50,437 nt of DNA. Source: a virus (Duplodnaviria > Caudoviricetes). The notes under the pieces are model-generated. The model saw only the letters and a program-made list of their open reading frames with translations, did not search any database and was not told the origin of the DNA. Position 1 is the stretch's first letter; every line of letters starts with the position of its first letter. Shown here one piece after another: positions 35,094 through 43,655 of this stretch. Location: positions 1 through 50,437 of the IMG/VR virus record IMGVR_UViG_3300002446_000155. One strand, 5' to 3'. A program made the translations under genes and the position numbers.

Positions 35094-35345
35094 TTAACGC
35101 TTGATTTTCTTAAGAGCTTTCGGCCGTAGTCCATGTACGATGATCGATTGAGGTGTGAGCTCGTTCGCTTCTGTAATCTGGAACGTGAATTCCTCTCCAC
35201 CACTGATGGTCGTGACGGTTGCGGAAAACTCCCCAGGCTCAAGCCTCATCTTGAGTACCTGGTCCACGAACTCGTCGAAATTAGTAACTTTGATGCGATT
35301 CACTACTGTGTAGTCGCGGAATATAAACACGTTCATGACTGGCAT
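35094..35345 (-). CDS. hypothetical protein (83 aa)
   Basis: AGGAGG RBS. Confidence 0.6.
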   Translation of the reverse strand: MPVMNVFIFRDYTVVNRIKVTNFDEFVDQVLKMRLEPGEFSATVTTISGGEEFTFQITEANELTPQSIIVHGLRPKALKKIKR

Positions 35346-35560
35346 GATGCCTCCTGTTGATCTTTAAGGTATGCCTCGAGGTCTGCTGTTGCGTCGGCAA
35401 TACACGCAGCGCGCCATTCTTCTGTCACAGTGATGTACCCAACCCCAAGGCCCCAGGGCGAGTAGAACTGGCCCACACGAAACGCTTCGGCGCGACGGAG
35501 ACGGGCTTGTAGGACTTCAAGCTGGGACGGGGAAATGAGTGATTCGGTTTCAGGTGTCAT
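35333..35560 (-). CDS. hypothetical protein (75 aa)
   Basis: AAGGAG RBS directly after a promoter. Confidence 0.6.
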   Translation of the reverse strand: MTPETESLISPSQLEVLQARLRRAEAFRVGQFYSPWGLGVGYITVTEEWRAACIADATADLEAYLKDQQEASCQS

Positions 35561-35583
35561 CTGTTCTCCTTCAGTGAAATTGA

Positions 35584-35611
35584 ATCCTACAGGTTATTTT
35601 CGACCAGTCAA
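35584..35611 (-). promoter_or_regulatory. sigma70-type promoter TTGACT-16-TAGGAT
   Basis: -35 at 35606-35611, -10 at 35584-35589, immediately after a terminator, heading the polymerase operon. Confidence 0.6.
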
Positions 35612-35615
35612 GCAT

Positions 35616-35651
35616 AAAAAAGAACCCCCGAGGAAATAATCCGTCGGGGGC
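35616..35651 (-). terminator. intrinsic terminator after SSB-like gene
   Basis: minus strand CCCCCGA-CGGA-TTATT-TCC-TCGGGGG then TTCTTTTTT. Confidence 0.8.
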
Positions 35652-35700
35652 TGGGTGCACCGTTCGTGGCGCTGGGGGACTTCCGTGTCCCAGGTGAGTC

Positions 35701-36300
35701 TTACTTCTTCGCGGACTTCTTTGGCTCGGCGTAGGCGACTTCGACAGGTGCGACTTCATCCTCAGGGACGAGCTCGTAGCTGTTGTTATAGTAGCCGTTT
35801 TTGTTCTCTGCCAGGGCGACGATGCGCATACGCTTACCGATGAAGCGTTCGGGCTGTGCGAAGAGATCACGAAGACCCTTCGAGCCCAGCTCACCGTTGG
35901 GGTAGAACGCCTCAGGGTCTACGCCTGCAAGGGTACCGATCAGCGAAGTAAGCTCCCGGAACTCCGCCTTGGAGCGAGCCTTAGACCACCCGCCTGCCGA
36001 GAGTTCCTTCAGGAGGTTCACAGAATCGCCCGGGCGACCGACGATGTCCTGGTAGTTCTTCGGCCCCAGTTGGCGCTGAAGAGGACATTTCCCGTCGTTC
36101 ACGTCCACGACCTCCATCTCAAGGCGCAGGTAAGGCTCCTTGTAGCGTGGACTGTTGTCGTTCGAGTGAACGTCGCAGATGAAGTCTTTGATCTCAACTA
36201 CGAAGTCCTTGGGTCCGTTGTCGCGGATGTACTTTGCAGTCTCCTTGATCTCGCCCTCGAACTTTCCGCCTTCCTCAAACATATCAAGTAAATCAGCCAT
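35701..36300 (-). CDS. putative single-stranded DNA-binding protein
   Basis: GGAG RBS before MADLLDMF; 199-aa beta-rich charged protein between helicase and polymerase; function inferred from position and size. Confidence 0.5.
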   Translation of the reverse strand: MADLLDMFEEGGKFEGEIKETAKYIRDNGPKDFVVEIKDFICDVHSNDNSPRYKEPYLRLEMEVVDVNDGKCPLQRQLGPKNYQDIVGRPGDSVNLLKELSAGGWSKARSKAEFRELTSLIGTLAGVDPEAFYPNGELGSKGLRDLFAQPERFIGKRMRIVALAENKNGYYNNSYELVPEDEVAPVEVAYAEPKKSAKK

Positions 36301-36349
36301 GTGCTTCTCCAGTGTAAGGTGTACCGGGGCTGAATCCGATACACAGTCA

Positions 36350-36416
36350 AAACACACCGAGGACTCGAACCTCGCCGACAGGATTGTCTCCATCGCACGC
36401 CCGGTGCTGTGTGTTT
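36350..36416 (-). ncRNA. tRNA-like element A (non-canonical anticodon arm)
   Basis: 8-bp AAACACAC/GTGTGTTT closing stem, GCAC-CGGGC-GTGC hairpin, GACA-ATCC-TGTC hairpin, perfect T-arm CGAGG-TTCGAGT-CCTCG. Confidence 0.65.
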
Positions 36417-36443
36417 GCCGATTAGAGTCTCGGTCGGACTATT

Positions 36444-36510
36444 TTGAGTTCGTGACAGGGACTCGAACCCTACCACAGTCGTCACTGTGTTTCCTGACTC
36501 ACGAACTCAA
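36444..36510 (-). ncRNA. tRNA-like element B (D-armless, long closing stem)
   Basis: 12-bp TTGAGTTCGTGA/TCACGAACTCAA stem, CACAGT-GACG-ACTGTG hairpin, T-arm TAGGG-TTCGAGT-CCCTG. Confidence 0.65.
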
Positions 36511-36587
36511 GGGCATTCAAAGGAATCGAACCTAAATCTCCGAGCCACTCCGGGCCCGGCGTCTTAGCCTATTTGGACTATTTGCCC
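36510..36587 (-). ncRNA. tRNA-like element C (degenerate tRNA with expanded anticodon arm)
   Basis: GGGCA/TGCCC acceptor, TAGTCC..GG..GAC D-arm, CCGGG-(10 nt)-CTCGG anticodon arm, AGG-TTCGATT-CCT T-arm. Confidence 0.6.
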
Positions 36588-36613
36588 TCCTCGTCTCTCC
36601 AAGGTGTCCGGCA

Positions 36614-36642
36614 CTTCTACCTCAGCTCTCTTTCTTTGTCAA
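36614..36642 (-). promoter_or_regulatory. possible sigma70 promoter TTGACA-17-TAGAAG upstream of tRNA-like array
   Basis: perfect -35 at 36637-36642; -10 at 36614-36619 lacks the final T. Confidence 0.4.
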
Positions 36643-36900
36643 GAGGCTTTTCGTGGTCGCCGTCACGAACTCACGGACGGCCGCTTCTGTCTCCTCAATG
36701 CGCGTCACATGACACGGAACCGAGACGCTCACCTCAACCTTGAGGCTATTGAAGTTTCCCATGTTTTTCGTGATGCCCGTGCTGACCTTCACATAAGCAG
36801 GGTTCTCGATGATCGGAACCTCGAGTTCACTTTCCACGCTCGTCTGAGCCAGTACGAGTTTTCCCTGAAGTTCTGTAAGTTCGATATTAACGTATGCCAT
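36622..36900 (-). CDS. hypothetical protein (92 aa)
   Basis: AGGAGG RBS before MAYVNI; TKNMGNFNSLKV motif seen in small phage proteins. Confidence 0.65.
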   Translation of the reverse strand: MAYVNIELTELQGKLVLAQTSVESELEVPIIENPAYVKVSTGITKNMGNFNSLKVEVSVSVPCHVTRIEETEAAVREFVTATTKSLLTKKES

Positions 36901-36925
36901 GTTGCCTCCTAAGCAGTGTTCGAGG

Positions 36926-36954
36926 ACTCTATAGTCCGTCCATTTCGTTGTCAA
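36926..36954 (-). promoter_or_regulatory. sigma70-type promoter TTGACA-17-TAGAGT
   Basis: -35 at 36949-36954, -10 at 36926-36931. Confidence 0.7.
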
Positions 36955-38617
36955 GTTCGTTTTCGCAAGATTCTGGCGCTTTCCATTCCAGGTGATTCAG
37001 TTTCTGGATGAGCCCGAACGTCTCCTCTATGTATTTCGCCTGTACGCGTGACGTGCTCCATGCCTTACGGTACGGCCTTGAATGCTGAAGGACCGTCACA
37101 TGTACGTCCTGTGCTTGTCCGTTTCGATGCGTCCTCCCCAGGAGCTGCTGCCACAGGGCGGCGTTCGAGGGAGGGGAGGCGATCACGTTGTAGGTGTACT
37201 CCTGAAGATTGTATCCAGTGGCGTGCGATCTGATGTGAACGCCCATCACACCATTGGCAGGAGGAGGGCCCGGCCGCTTGTTGAGCCTGGCTACCTCAAT
37301 CCCCCATTCACGGAGCTTGTCGGCTACCGCCGTGTGATCAATCCAGAGCAGCGTCGGCCCCGGCATATTCAAAGCCAATTCGACGATGGAGCGCAGGACT
37401 GAATCGTCCACCCAGTCCGTAGCTCTTGGAGGTGCAAGGCGGAAGCGGACCTCCTTCCATGCCTCCCACGCCCTGTTGAGAGCTGTGTGGGTGATCTTCT
37501 TCTCGGCCAGCGCGCGCTCGACCAGAAATGGTGTGTCCAGTCCCTTCTTCCCGAGTCCTGCGTATGCGTAGAGCTCGCGGTTGAAGTCCCGTTTACGCTT
37601 CAGCCACACAGTATCGACCTCCCCATTCGGCCAGTCCGGGTAGTAAAAGAACCCCATGGAAAGCTGCTTCCAGGCTCCTACGACGTGCATAGGGGTGTCG
37701 ATCTCCGAGCCGTTCGGGAGCTCCCCGTATTCTCGCAGATGGCTCACAGCGATCTCGATGGACGGAGGCACTGGCAGCTTGACGTGCTCGCAGTAGAGCG
37801 CCCTATCACACGAGTCACCATCGCTCACGACGACGCCCGGAGTCGACATCATGCGTGCCTGAAGTGCCGATCGAGCTATCTCTCGCCCTGTCTGGCCCTC
37901 GCTCCCGAACGCATCCATCAGTGGGCGCACAAAGTGCCAGTCCATTCCACTGGGCGGAATCTGAGGCTGTGCATCAATACAGCGTCCCCAGGTGGCCAGC
38001 GTGGGCCAGTGTAGTGGCAGCGGTGAGCCTTCCCGAAGCGCAAGGGCCGAGAGATGCCCAAAGTCCACCAGGGCAGATGTGGAGAACGTGGCGGACATCG
38101 CTACGAATCGCACATGAGGGTTCGCGTGCATGTACATCAGGAATCGATTCGTACGCGCCGCGTCTTTGTTGCGGAGGTTGTGCGCCTCGTCTGCGATAAT
38201 GAGATCGGGAGCCAGCGTATCCAAAAGCGTGATCCCTGCCTCGCGACTGAGCCTCGAATAAGGCACGTAAATGGGCCCTTTCTCCCCCAGGTCGAAGTGT
38301 CGAAGGTATTTCTCGCGCTCGAGAGCCGCCTCCTCCTCGAGTCCCGGAGGGCACAGGACCACTGTCCGCTCAGGGGCGATCCCTACAGCAAATGGCAGAA
38401 CCATGCTGAGAAGCGTTTTCCCCCCGCCCGTGGTGATAGGGAGCAAAGCCGCTTTTGTGATCGACGCCTCCTCTAGGGACGTAGCCTGATCTGGATTGAA
38501 TCTCCACTCCCCGCCCGGAACACGGAACCTGGCAGTCCACTTGTCCCGAAGTTCTTCGACCTCCTCAGGCGTCCACTCCATCCGTGGGAGCTCCAGAATC
38601 CGGTTCATGTCGTTCAT
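36929..38617 (-). CDS. superfamily 2 (DEAH) helicase
   Basis: TGGGKT, ADEAH, MSAT, TGYNLQ, QLLGRTHR motifs. Confidence 0.9.
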   Translation of the reverse strand: MNDMNRILELPRMEWTPEEVEELRDKWTARFRVPGGEWRFNPDQATSLEEASITKAALLPITTGGGKTLLSMVLPFAVGIAPERTVVLCPPGLEEEAALEREKYLRHFDLGEKGPIYVPYSRLSREAGITLLDTLAPDLIIADEAHNLRNKDAARTNRFLMYMHANPHVRFVAMSATFSTSALVDFGHLSALALREGSPLPLHWPTLATWGRCIDAQPQIPPSGMDWHFVRPLMDAFGSEGQTGREIARSALQARMMSTPGVVVSDGDSCDRALYCEHVKLPVPPSIEIAVSHLREYGELPNGSEIDTPMHVVGAWKQLSMGFFYYPDWPNGEVDTVWLKRKRDFNRELYAYAGLGKKGLDTPFLVERALAEKKITHTALNRAWEAWKEVRFRLAPPRATDWVDDSVLRSIVELALNMPGPTLLWIDHTAVADKLREWGIEVARLNKRPGPPPANGVMGVHIRSHATGYNLQEYTYNVIASPPSNAALWQQLLGRTHRNGQAQDVHVTVLQHSRPYRKAWSTSRVQAKYIEETFGLIQKLNHLEWKAPESCENELDNEMDGL

Positions 38618-38919
38618 GCCAGCTCCCCGATCTGTGTGCGGAGCTGCTCAATGATGAGCTGGAGGGCCTCGAGGTTCTCCCGTACGGCATCTTCATAATC
38701 ACGCGCACTCTCGCCCTCAAACTCCGCGATGAAGCGCACACGACCGTACTTGCCCACGATCGTCTCGATGTCCGCGGCGCGATCTCGAGCGGTCGCCAGT
38801 TCGACCCGTATGTCAAGGAGACTCAGCGGCGTGGTCAGGCGTTCGATGGCCTCGCGAAGAGCCTCAGGGTCATCATGGCCCGGGGCTCCTGGAATCAAAA
38901 TGGGATGTCTGTAGCTCAT
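38614..38919 (-). CDS. hypothetical protein (101 aa)
   Basis: ATGA-coupled ORF. Confidence 0.6.
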   Translation of the reverse strand: MSYRHPILIPGAPGHDDPEALREAIERLTTPLSLLDIRVELATARDRAADIETIVGKYGRVRFIAEFEGESARDYEDAVRENLEALQLIIEQLRTQIGELA

Positions 38920-39182
38920 ATGGCCAAACCTATGGTTGCGGGTGTGTGTGGTTCTGCAGTGATGTAGATGCGGCCGTACGCCTTGACTGCATCGGTGATC
39001 TTAAACGTCTGGGTTACATACACGCCTGGCGCCAGAATTGCCAGCTCGACGTACATGTTCTCTTCCAATACCGTATCCTCGTCTACGAACACGGCCTGAA
39101 GCTCCCCCGTCTTATTGTTTACATGAGCCGTCGCGAAGGGCAACAGACGACCATGTGCGCTGAGTGTGATAGCCGACTTCAT
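38916..39182 (-). CDS. hypothetical protein (88 aa)
   Basis: GGAG RBS, ATGA-coupled. Confidence 0.6.
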   Translation of the reverse strand: MKSAITLSAHGRLLPFATAHVNNKTGELQAVFVDEDTVLEENMYVELAILAPGVYVTQTFKITDAVKAYGRIYITAEPHTPATIGLAI

Positions 39183-39703
39183 GTCATCAATCTCCGATAT
39201 TTCCCCAGTTCTTCTGGGATGTTTACGTCACCAACAATGATCAGTGCGTTCGCGTGTCGTGGGCTGGGCCCCGGTTTACCAAACTCAGTGATGAACTGGA
39301 TGCGTGGGTAGACGAGGGCGACTTTCGCGTTATACTTCATCGCCAAGCGAGGCACCCATGCGTCGTAGTTCACCAGAAACACGCTCCCGACCAACTTACG
39401 AGCGAGCGGTGGGTATGTCAAGAGCCTTTCGATATGTTTCTGGGCCCCTCCGCTCGCCGCACTATACGGAGGATTGCCCCACAGGCGCAGGTTCTCACAG
39501 TCCTCAGTCATGATGTACTCAACCACCTTGTCCAAAAATTCGTCCGTGTGAATGTCTCCCCAGAAGTACTTATACAGTCCCTCGACCTCCGGCGTCAGAG
39601 GACTCGTCATCACATCGATCCACATCCCCTCATTGGCGTCGATGATCGGTTGAAGGAATTTGGGGGGTGTGTACCAGTGGTCGGTGGGATGCTCATGTCT
39701 CAT
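39179..39703 (-). CDS. phage DNA N6-adenine methyltransferase
   Basis: DHWYTP, NPPYS catalytic motif, RIQF. Confidence 0.8.
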   Translation of the reverse strand: MRHEHPTDHWYTPPKFLQPIIDANEGMWIDVMTSPLTPEVEGLYKYFWGDIHTDEFLDKVVEYIMTEDCENLRLWGNPPYSAASGGAQKHIERLLTYPPLARKLVGSVFLVNYDAWVPRLAMKYNAKVALVYPRIQFITEFGKPGPSPRHANALIIVGDVNIPEELGKYRRLMT

Positions 39704-40548
39704 AGTGCCTCCATAAATGCTTGAATGAACTCTGCTGCTACTTGCGGGACGATCGCGTTACCATAGGCGCGCAGGCGTCCCACTCTGCCGGAATCCCCAT
39801 AAGCCATCGGGAATGTGCCGCGTTCAACTGGACGCCAGACGGGTAGTCCGGCTGGTTCGCGACAAAGGAGCCAATCGCATCGCTCTCCTCGATAGCGGTG
39901 GACGACGACTCCGGGGGCAAACTCTTCCATCCCACCGTGCTCGCCACCCTCGGAAGCTGGTCGAGTCGAACGCGTGTTGTGCCATCCGGATTGGTCCCCA
40001 GGATAGACATTCCCGGTGTGTCTTTCCAATCGCGTGTGGCGGCTGTTGGCCAACCTCGCACCAAAGAAGAGCCTCTGTCGGATGTGGGGAGCGCCGACGC
40101 CCGCAGCGCACAGATCGGCGGCCCCGACTTCATATCCCAGTGCTTCCAGGTCAGTGCGTACAGCGTCGAGCCAATCCCTTCCAGCCGGAGACGCAACCTG
40201 CTCTCCAAAGATGACTGCAGGACGGTGCTCCTCGATGAGTCTTCGCCATTCTGGCCACAAATGTCTTTCATCCTGCTCTCCTTGTTGTTTCCCGGCCACC
40301 GAGAACGGCTGGCACGGACATGAACCTGTCCACACATTAGCATCTTCTGCTATTCCGGCTATCCGCAGCGCGAGGGACCAGATGCCGATCCCCGCGAAGA
40401 AATGAGCCTGGCCGCCCTGAGGGATGTCGTCACGTTGTACATCCACGATCGAGCGGGAGTCCACCTTCCCATGGACGATGTGTCCTGCCTCCACGAGGTT
40501 CTCCAACCACTGTGCCGCGAACGGATCGAACTCGTTGTAGTACGTCAC
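39700..40548 (-). CDS. DNA cytosine-C5 methyltransferase (main polypeptide)
   Basis: YYNEFD, FFAGIG (motif I), GSCPCQPFS (catalytic Cys), [18 protein letters not shown] (motif X). Confidence 0.92.
   Translation of the reverse strand: MTYYNEFDPFAAQWLENLVEAGHIVHGKVDSRSIVDVQRDDIPQGGQAHFFAGIGIWSLALRIAGIAEDANVWTGSCPCQPFSVAGKQQGEQDERHLWPEWRRLIEEHRPAVIFGEQVASPAGRDWLDAVRTDLEALGYEVGAADLCAAGVGAPHIRQRLFFGARLANSRHTRLERHTGNVYPGDQSGWHNTRSTRPASEGGEHGGMEEFAPGVVVHRYRGERCDWLLCREPAGLPVWRPVERGTFPMAYGDSGRVGRLRAYGNAIVPQVAAEFIQAFMEAL
39738..40271 (-). CDS. nested alternative-frame methyltransferase polypeptide (TRD/motif IX-like)
   Basis: same strand, different frame, entirely inside 39700..40548; [34 protein letters not shown]; GGAG RBS. 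Confidence 0.65.
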   Translation of the reverse strand: MKDICGQNGEDSSRSTVLQSSLESRLRLRLEGIGSTLYALTWKHWDMKSGPPICALRASALPTSDRGSSLVRGWPTAATRDWKDTPGMSILGTNPDGTTRVRLDQLPRVASTVGWKSLPPESSSTAIEESDAIGSFVANQPDYPSGVQLNAAHSRWLMGIPAEWDACAPMVTRSSRK

Positions 40549-40874
40549 GACTCCTCCATCTCAGTGTACGCCTCAATGGCCTGCTCGATCTTCGCAGCGG
40601 TGGAGGCACCCACTCCCGGACAGTCCGTCAGTTTGAAGTTGTGATTCGTGCGCCGCATTGTGTGTAGTACGCCGAGGTGTGTAACCCCATACTCTGTGCG
40701 CATGAACTCGATGGCCTTCGCCGGGAATCCGACGTCACTCAGCGGTCGCTGTTGCCAGGGTACCGGAAGCAAGTCCTCAGGTGCTTGGGGGCTTCGTACA
40801 ATGCTCATATCATCTCCATATTGTGAAAATTCGTCATAAAGGAACCAGGCCGCTCGGCCCCGTATACTACCCAT
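40545..40874 (-). CDS. protein with C-terminal helix-hairpin-helix (RNAP alpha-CTD-like)
   Basis: PLSDVGFP.KA...G...LG and LTDCPGVGASTAAKI. Confidence 0.55.
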   Translation of the reverse strand: MGSIRGRAAWFLYDEFSQYGDDMSIVRSPQAPEDLLPVPWQQRPLSDVGFPAKAIEFMRTEYGVTHLGVLHTMRRTNHNFKLTDCPGVGASTAAKIEQAIEAYTEMEES

Positions 40875-41238
40875 TGTCGCAATCCACAAGTAGAACGACA
40901 CGATTCTCTGCTGTTACCTCCATGCCTACGAGCAGGATACCTTCCCCACTCCCATAGTTAGCAATCCACACGCGCGTTTTGTCGTGCACCGTGTACGTCC
41001 CGCCTTTGTATCCCTCCATGGTCGTCATCGCCCCGAGTTCCTTCTCGAGGTAATGACATGGGACATACTCCTCCGTGAGCTCGAGCGCCAGGTCGTCGTA
41101 ATAGCCTCTGAAGGAATGAGGATGCGCCAGTGCAATGATTGCCGTTGGATGGCTCCGCAGGAACCCCAGAACGTCCTTCACGTTCCAGTAGCGGTCAGGG
41201 CACGGCGTGCGGTTGTGTAGTCGAAAAGCGTAGTCCAT
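40867..41238 (-). CDS. phage hypothetical protein (123 aa)
   Basis: PHSFRGYYDDLA and GYKGG motifs; GAGGAG RBS. Confidence 0.7.
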   Translation of the reverse strand: MDYAFRLHNRTPCPDRYWNVKDVLGFLRSHPTAIIALAHPHSFRGYYDDLALELTEEYVPCHYLEKELGAMTTMEGYKGGTYTVHDKTRVWIANYGSGEGILLVGMEVTAENRVVLLVDCDNG

Positions 41239-41247
41239 GATGTCTCC

Positions 41248-42102
41248 TCAGAAGAACGCGAAGGGGTCTTCTTCTTCCGTTGTGTTCTTGAATGCCGCGA
41301 AGGGATCTTCTTCCTTCTCTTCGCGAGTCTGTCCGCAGATGCCGTAGAACTGACATTGCCCGTAGTTCCAGCACGCTCCTCGATTTACAGGAACGTCCTC
41401 CTCACACTTGGTGCTAGCGAGCGCCTTCATCGCAGGAACAACCTTTTTGTCGAGATCTTCCCACACCATGCGCAGGTAAGGAATCGGCAAGTCTACTCCG
41501 ATGACTTCGACGCCTTCGTTGGGAGGTCGGAGGACATTAACGTGCTCGACATGGATGTGATCCCAACCTGTCGCGCGGGCGACCACAGCAGCATAGTACG
41601 ACTGCTGGACATCAGCGCGGAAGTCCTCATCGGTGCGCAGCGTGAATCGCATAGACCCTCGCGTCTTGTAGTCGCGAATGGTATGTGTGGCAGGAATGTA
41701 CACGTCGATGTACCCACTGGCGACGACATCGCCGTCCAACACGAGGCCGAAGTCATCAAGGGGCTTCTCGAGTTCGACACCTTCGGTTGTGAATACATCC
41801 AGAATTTCTGGATGCTCCCGAAGGACGTACTGTGCCATGTGGAAACCTTGCTCTTTTGACTTTGGGAACTTACGGACTGACTCAATCGGATCATCATAGC
41901 TCCCTTTCATTGCGGCGAACTCGCCGTCAGTAGGCCATCGGCCCTTGCTCGCGCGAAACTCCATGAACGCATGGAACACCGTACCTACGGCCATGGCCTC
42001 GTTCTGTGCCTGCTCCAAGGGATTCTCGTCGCGATAGCGGTACCAGAATTTCCGAGGGCACTGGACGTACGCGCCGATACTTGTTGAGGATACTCGATTC
42101 AT
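41248..42102 (-). CDS. PD-(D/E)XK RecB/Cas4-like exonuclease
   Basis: S.TSI..Y..CPRKF, GTVFH, GYID, DYKT, QQSYY, C-terminal C.....C....C; AAGGA RBS at MNRVSS. Confidence 0.88.
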   Translation of the reverse strand: MNRVSSTSIGAYVQCPRKFWYRYRDENPLEQAQNEAMAVGTVFHAFMEFRASKGRWPTDGEFAAMKGSYDDPIESVRKFPKSKEQGFHMAQYVLREHPEILDVFTTEGVELEKPLDDFGLVLDGDVVASGYIDVYIPATHTIRDYKTRGSMRFTLRTDEDFRADVQQSYYAAVVARATGWDHIHVEHVNVLRPPNEGVEVIGVDLPIPYLRMVWEDLDKKVVPAMKALASTKCEEDVPVNRGACWNYGQCQFYGICGQTREEKEEDPFAAFKNTTEEEDPFAFF

Positions 42103-42112
42103 CACTTCTTCC

Positions 42113-42391
42113 TTAAAAGGGCCACTCGACATCTGCGTCGGCTGACTTCGGTTTTGGTTTCTTCGGCTCTTTTTGCTTCTGCTCCCAGATCCACTCACTT
42201 ACAATGAGTGTACCGTCTTCGTCAAGGAACGATTGACTCTTTGGCCACCAATATCCCTCCGAGTCCAGATAGGCCATGGCCGTCTCACGCTCGATGGTGC
42301 GGTCTTTCACACACCTCCAGTTGTCATCACTGCCTCGCTCGTCTGAGTAGTAGTCGTAGTCATCATAGTCACCAGGGGTATGCCAGCTCAT
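42113..42391 (-). CDS. hypothetical protein (92 aa)
   Basis: ETAMAYL..WWPKSQ...VSEWI pattern; ATGA-coupled. Confidence 0.65.
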   Translation of the reverse strand: MSWHTPGDYDDYDYYSDERGSDDNWRCVKDRTIERETAMAYLDSEGYWWPKSQSFLDEDGTLIVSEWIWEQKQKEPKKPKPKSADADVEWPF

Positions 42392-42630
42392 CTTGTACCT
42401 CGGATATATGGGTTGCGTGCGTTGTCTCGTTTCAGTTGTTTAAGGTCATTGTATAGCCCGTTCGACTCCGCAAGTTCGGTGGCTTTTTGCTTTATGATGT
42501 CGCGAAGAATTGGTGCCTCTTCGGGTGTCAAGCACCCGTTATAGTGGAGATGGCCGCATCGCCTACACGGATACGGCTGGTCCCATTGGTCTATGATGAA
42601 GCAGTCTTCAATCTGCTGCCGAGTTCGCAT
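42388..42630 (-). CDS. hypothetical protein with CxxC..H..C motif
   Basis: AGGAGG RBS; CRRCGHLHYNGC. Confidence 0.6.
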   Translation of the reverse strand: MRTRQQIEDCFIIDQWDQPYPCRRCGHLHYNGCLTPEEAPILRDIIKQKATELAESNGLYNDLKQLKRDNARNPYIRGTR

Positions 42631-42642
42631 CTTCTTTGCCTC

Positions 42643-43065
42643 CTATTCGTCATCGCCTTTATAGTATTGCCGATCTTCGGGTGTCAAGGCTATTTTGATG
42701 CCTATTGCCGTTTCATACATCCGAGCGCGCCGGACCACCGTATCTAATGCCTCCTGGAGCTGCTCGATTGCGTCTTCAGGTATCTGGTCGATCCTGTCTA
42801 GATCCTCGTCGAAGTAGTGCTCTAGGACGTTCATGGCGTCGAACGGGACCGCGTAGTAGAACTCCGCTTCTATGGTGTCTCCCAGCTCCTCCGCAGCATC
42901 CTCGAGATAGTGTACCTCTTCGTCATTGACCCTGAACGACGCATACCCCGCACCTGCGTCTTCCCACTGCTCCATCCACGCATACGCCTCGGCGAGCGAA
43001 ATGGGCCCCTCTAGTTTTCGTGCTCGCAGACGAGCTTCAACCACTGACTGTGCTCCTGACATCAT
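42643..43065 (-). CDS. acidic hypothetical protein (140 aa)
   Basis: GAGG RBS, ATGA overlap with kinase stop. Confidence 0.6.
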   Translation of the reverse strand: MMSGAQSVVEARLRARKLEGPISLAEAYAWMEQWEDAGAGYASFRVNDEEVHYLEDAAEELGDTIEAEFYYAVPFDAMNVLEHYFDEDLDRIDQIPEDAIEQLQEALDTVVRRARMYETAIGIKIALTPEDRQYYKGDDE

Positions 43066-43655
43066 ATCTTCCTCATCATGTTGGTGGCGAGCGCCTGGGA
43101 TACCACGATGCCTGCCATGCATTCAATCTCTCGTCGGGAGATCACGTCGATGGATGCCCCGTAGTACGGCTCGCCATCCGGAGGCTCGTCCCCGATCTGG
43201 TATATGGTACGTCCCCACGTCCACGACTTCAGAATGGTGTAGTACTCAGCCTCGAAGCGCACGTCGTCGATGACCACATGATCAGGACACGCCATGATGC
43301 TGTCACGGAGCTTGTTGATCCAGTGGAATGGGTCGCGGCTACGCTCGTACTCCCCCAGCTCAATGAGGATGTCGCGAGGTGTGACTTCCATACCAGGAAT
43401 CGGGAGATCCTTAGCTCCATGCCCGAAGGGATCTGCCGTGGTCTGAAGGTACATCTTGACCAGCGGGTCACGAACAGCCTCGTTGCGCAACAGCTCCCAG
43501 CCTGCCTCACGCAGAGGGTCCGCGAAGGACATCCGCCTCCAACCCACATAGCGATCACAGATAGCCTTCGCTGTCGTGGTCTTCCCTGCTCCTCGAGCCC
43601 CGCACAGTCCGATCAGAAGAGGGCCCGGTGCGTTGATGCGTCGTTTCTTACTCAT
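43062..43655 (-). CDS. deoxynucleoside monophosphate kinase
   Basis: GLCGARGAGKTT P-loop, SFADPLR, TPRDILIELG, VIDDVRFEAE. Confidence 0.88.
   Translation of the reverse strand: MSKKRRINAPGPLLIGLCGARGAGKTTTAKAICDRYVGWRRMSFADPLREAGWELLRNEAVRDPLVKMYLQTTADPFGHGAKDLPIPGMEVTPRDILIELGEYERSRDPFHWINKLRDSIMACPDHVVIDDVRFEAEYYTILKSWTWGRTIYQIGDEPPDGEPYYGASIDVISRREIECMAGIVVSQALATNMMRKI

Noticed and set aside
36301-36393. Extended N-terminus of ORF 35701..36393
   Set aside because: The extension runs through tRNA-like element A; the ATG at 36300 has a proper GGAG RBS
36350-36587. attP remnants (tRNA 3' ends) as the explanation for the T-loop motifs
   Set aside because: Each element has its own 5' strand pairing with the 3' strand, which an att core would not need, and no integrase is present; not fully excluded without the host genome
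41248-42102. CRISPR-Cas system suggested by a Cas4-like nuclease
   Set aside because: No cas1/cas2 or array; stand-alone PD-(D/E)XK exonucleases are routine in phage replication modules
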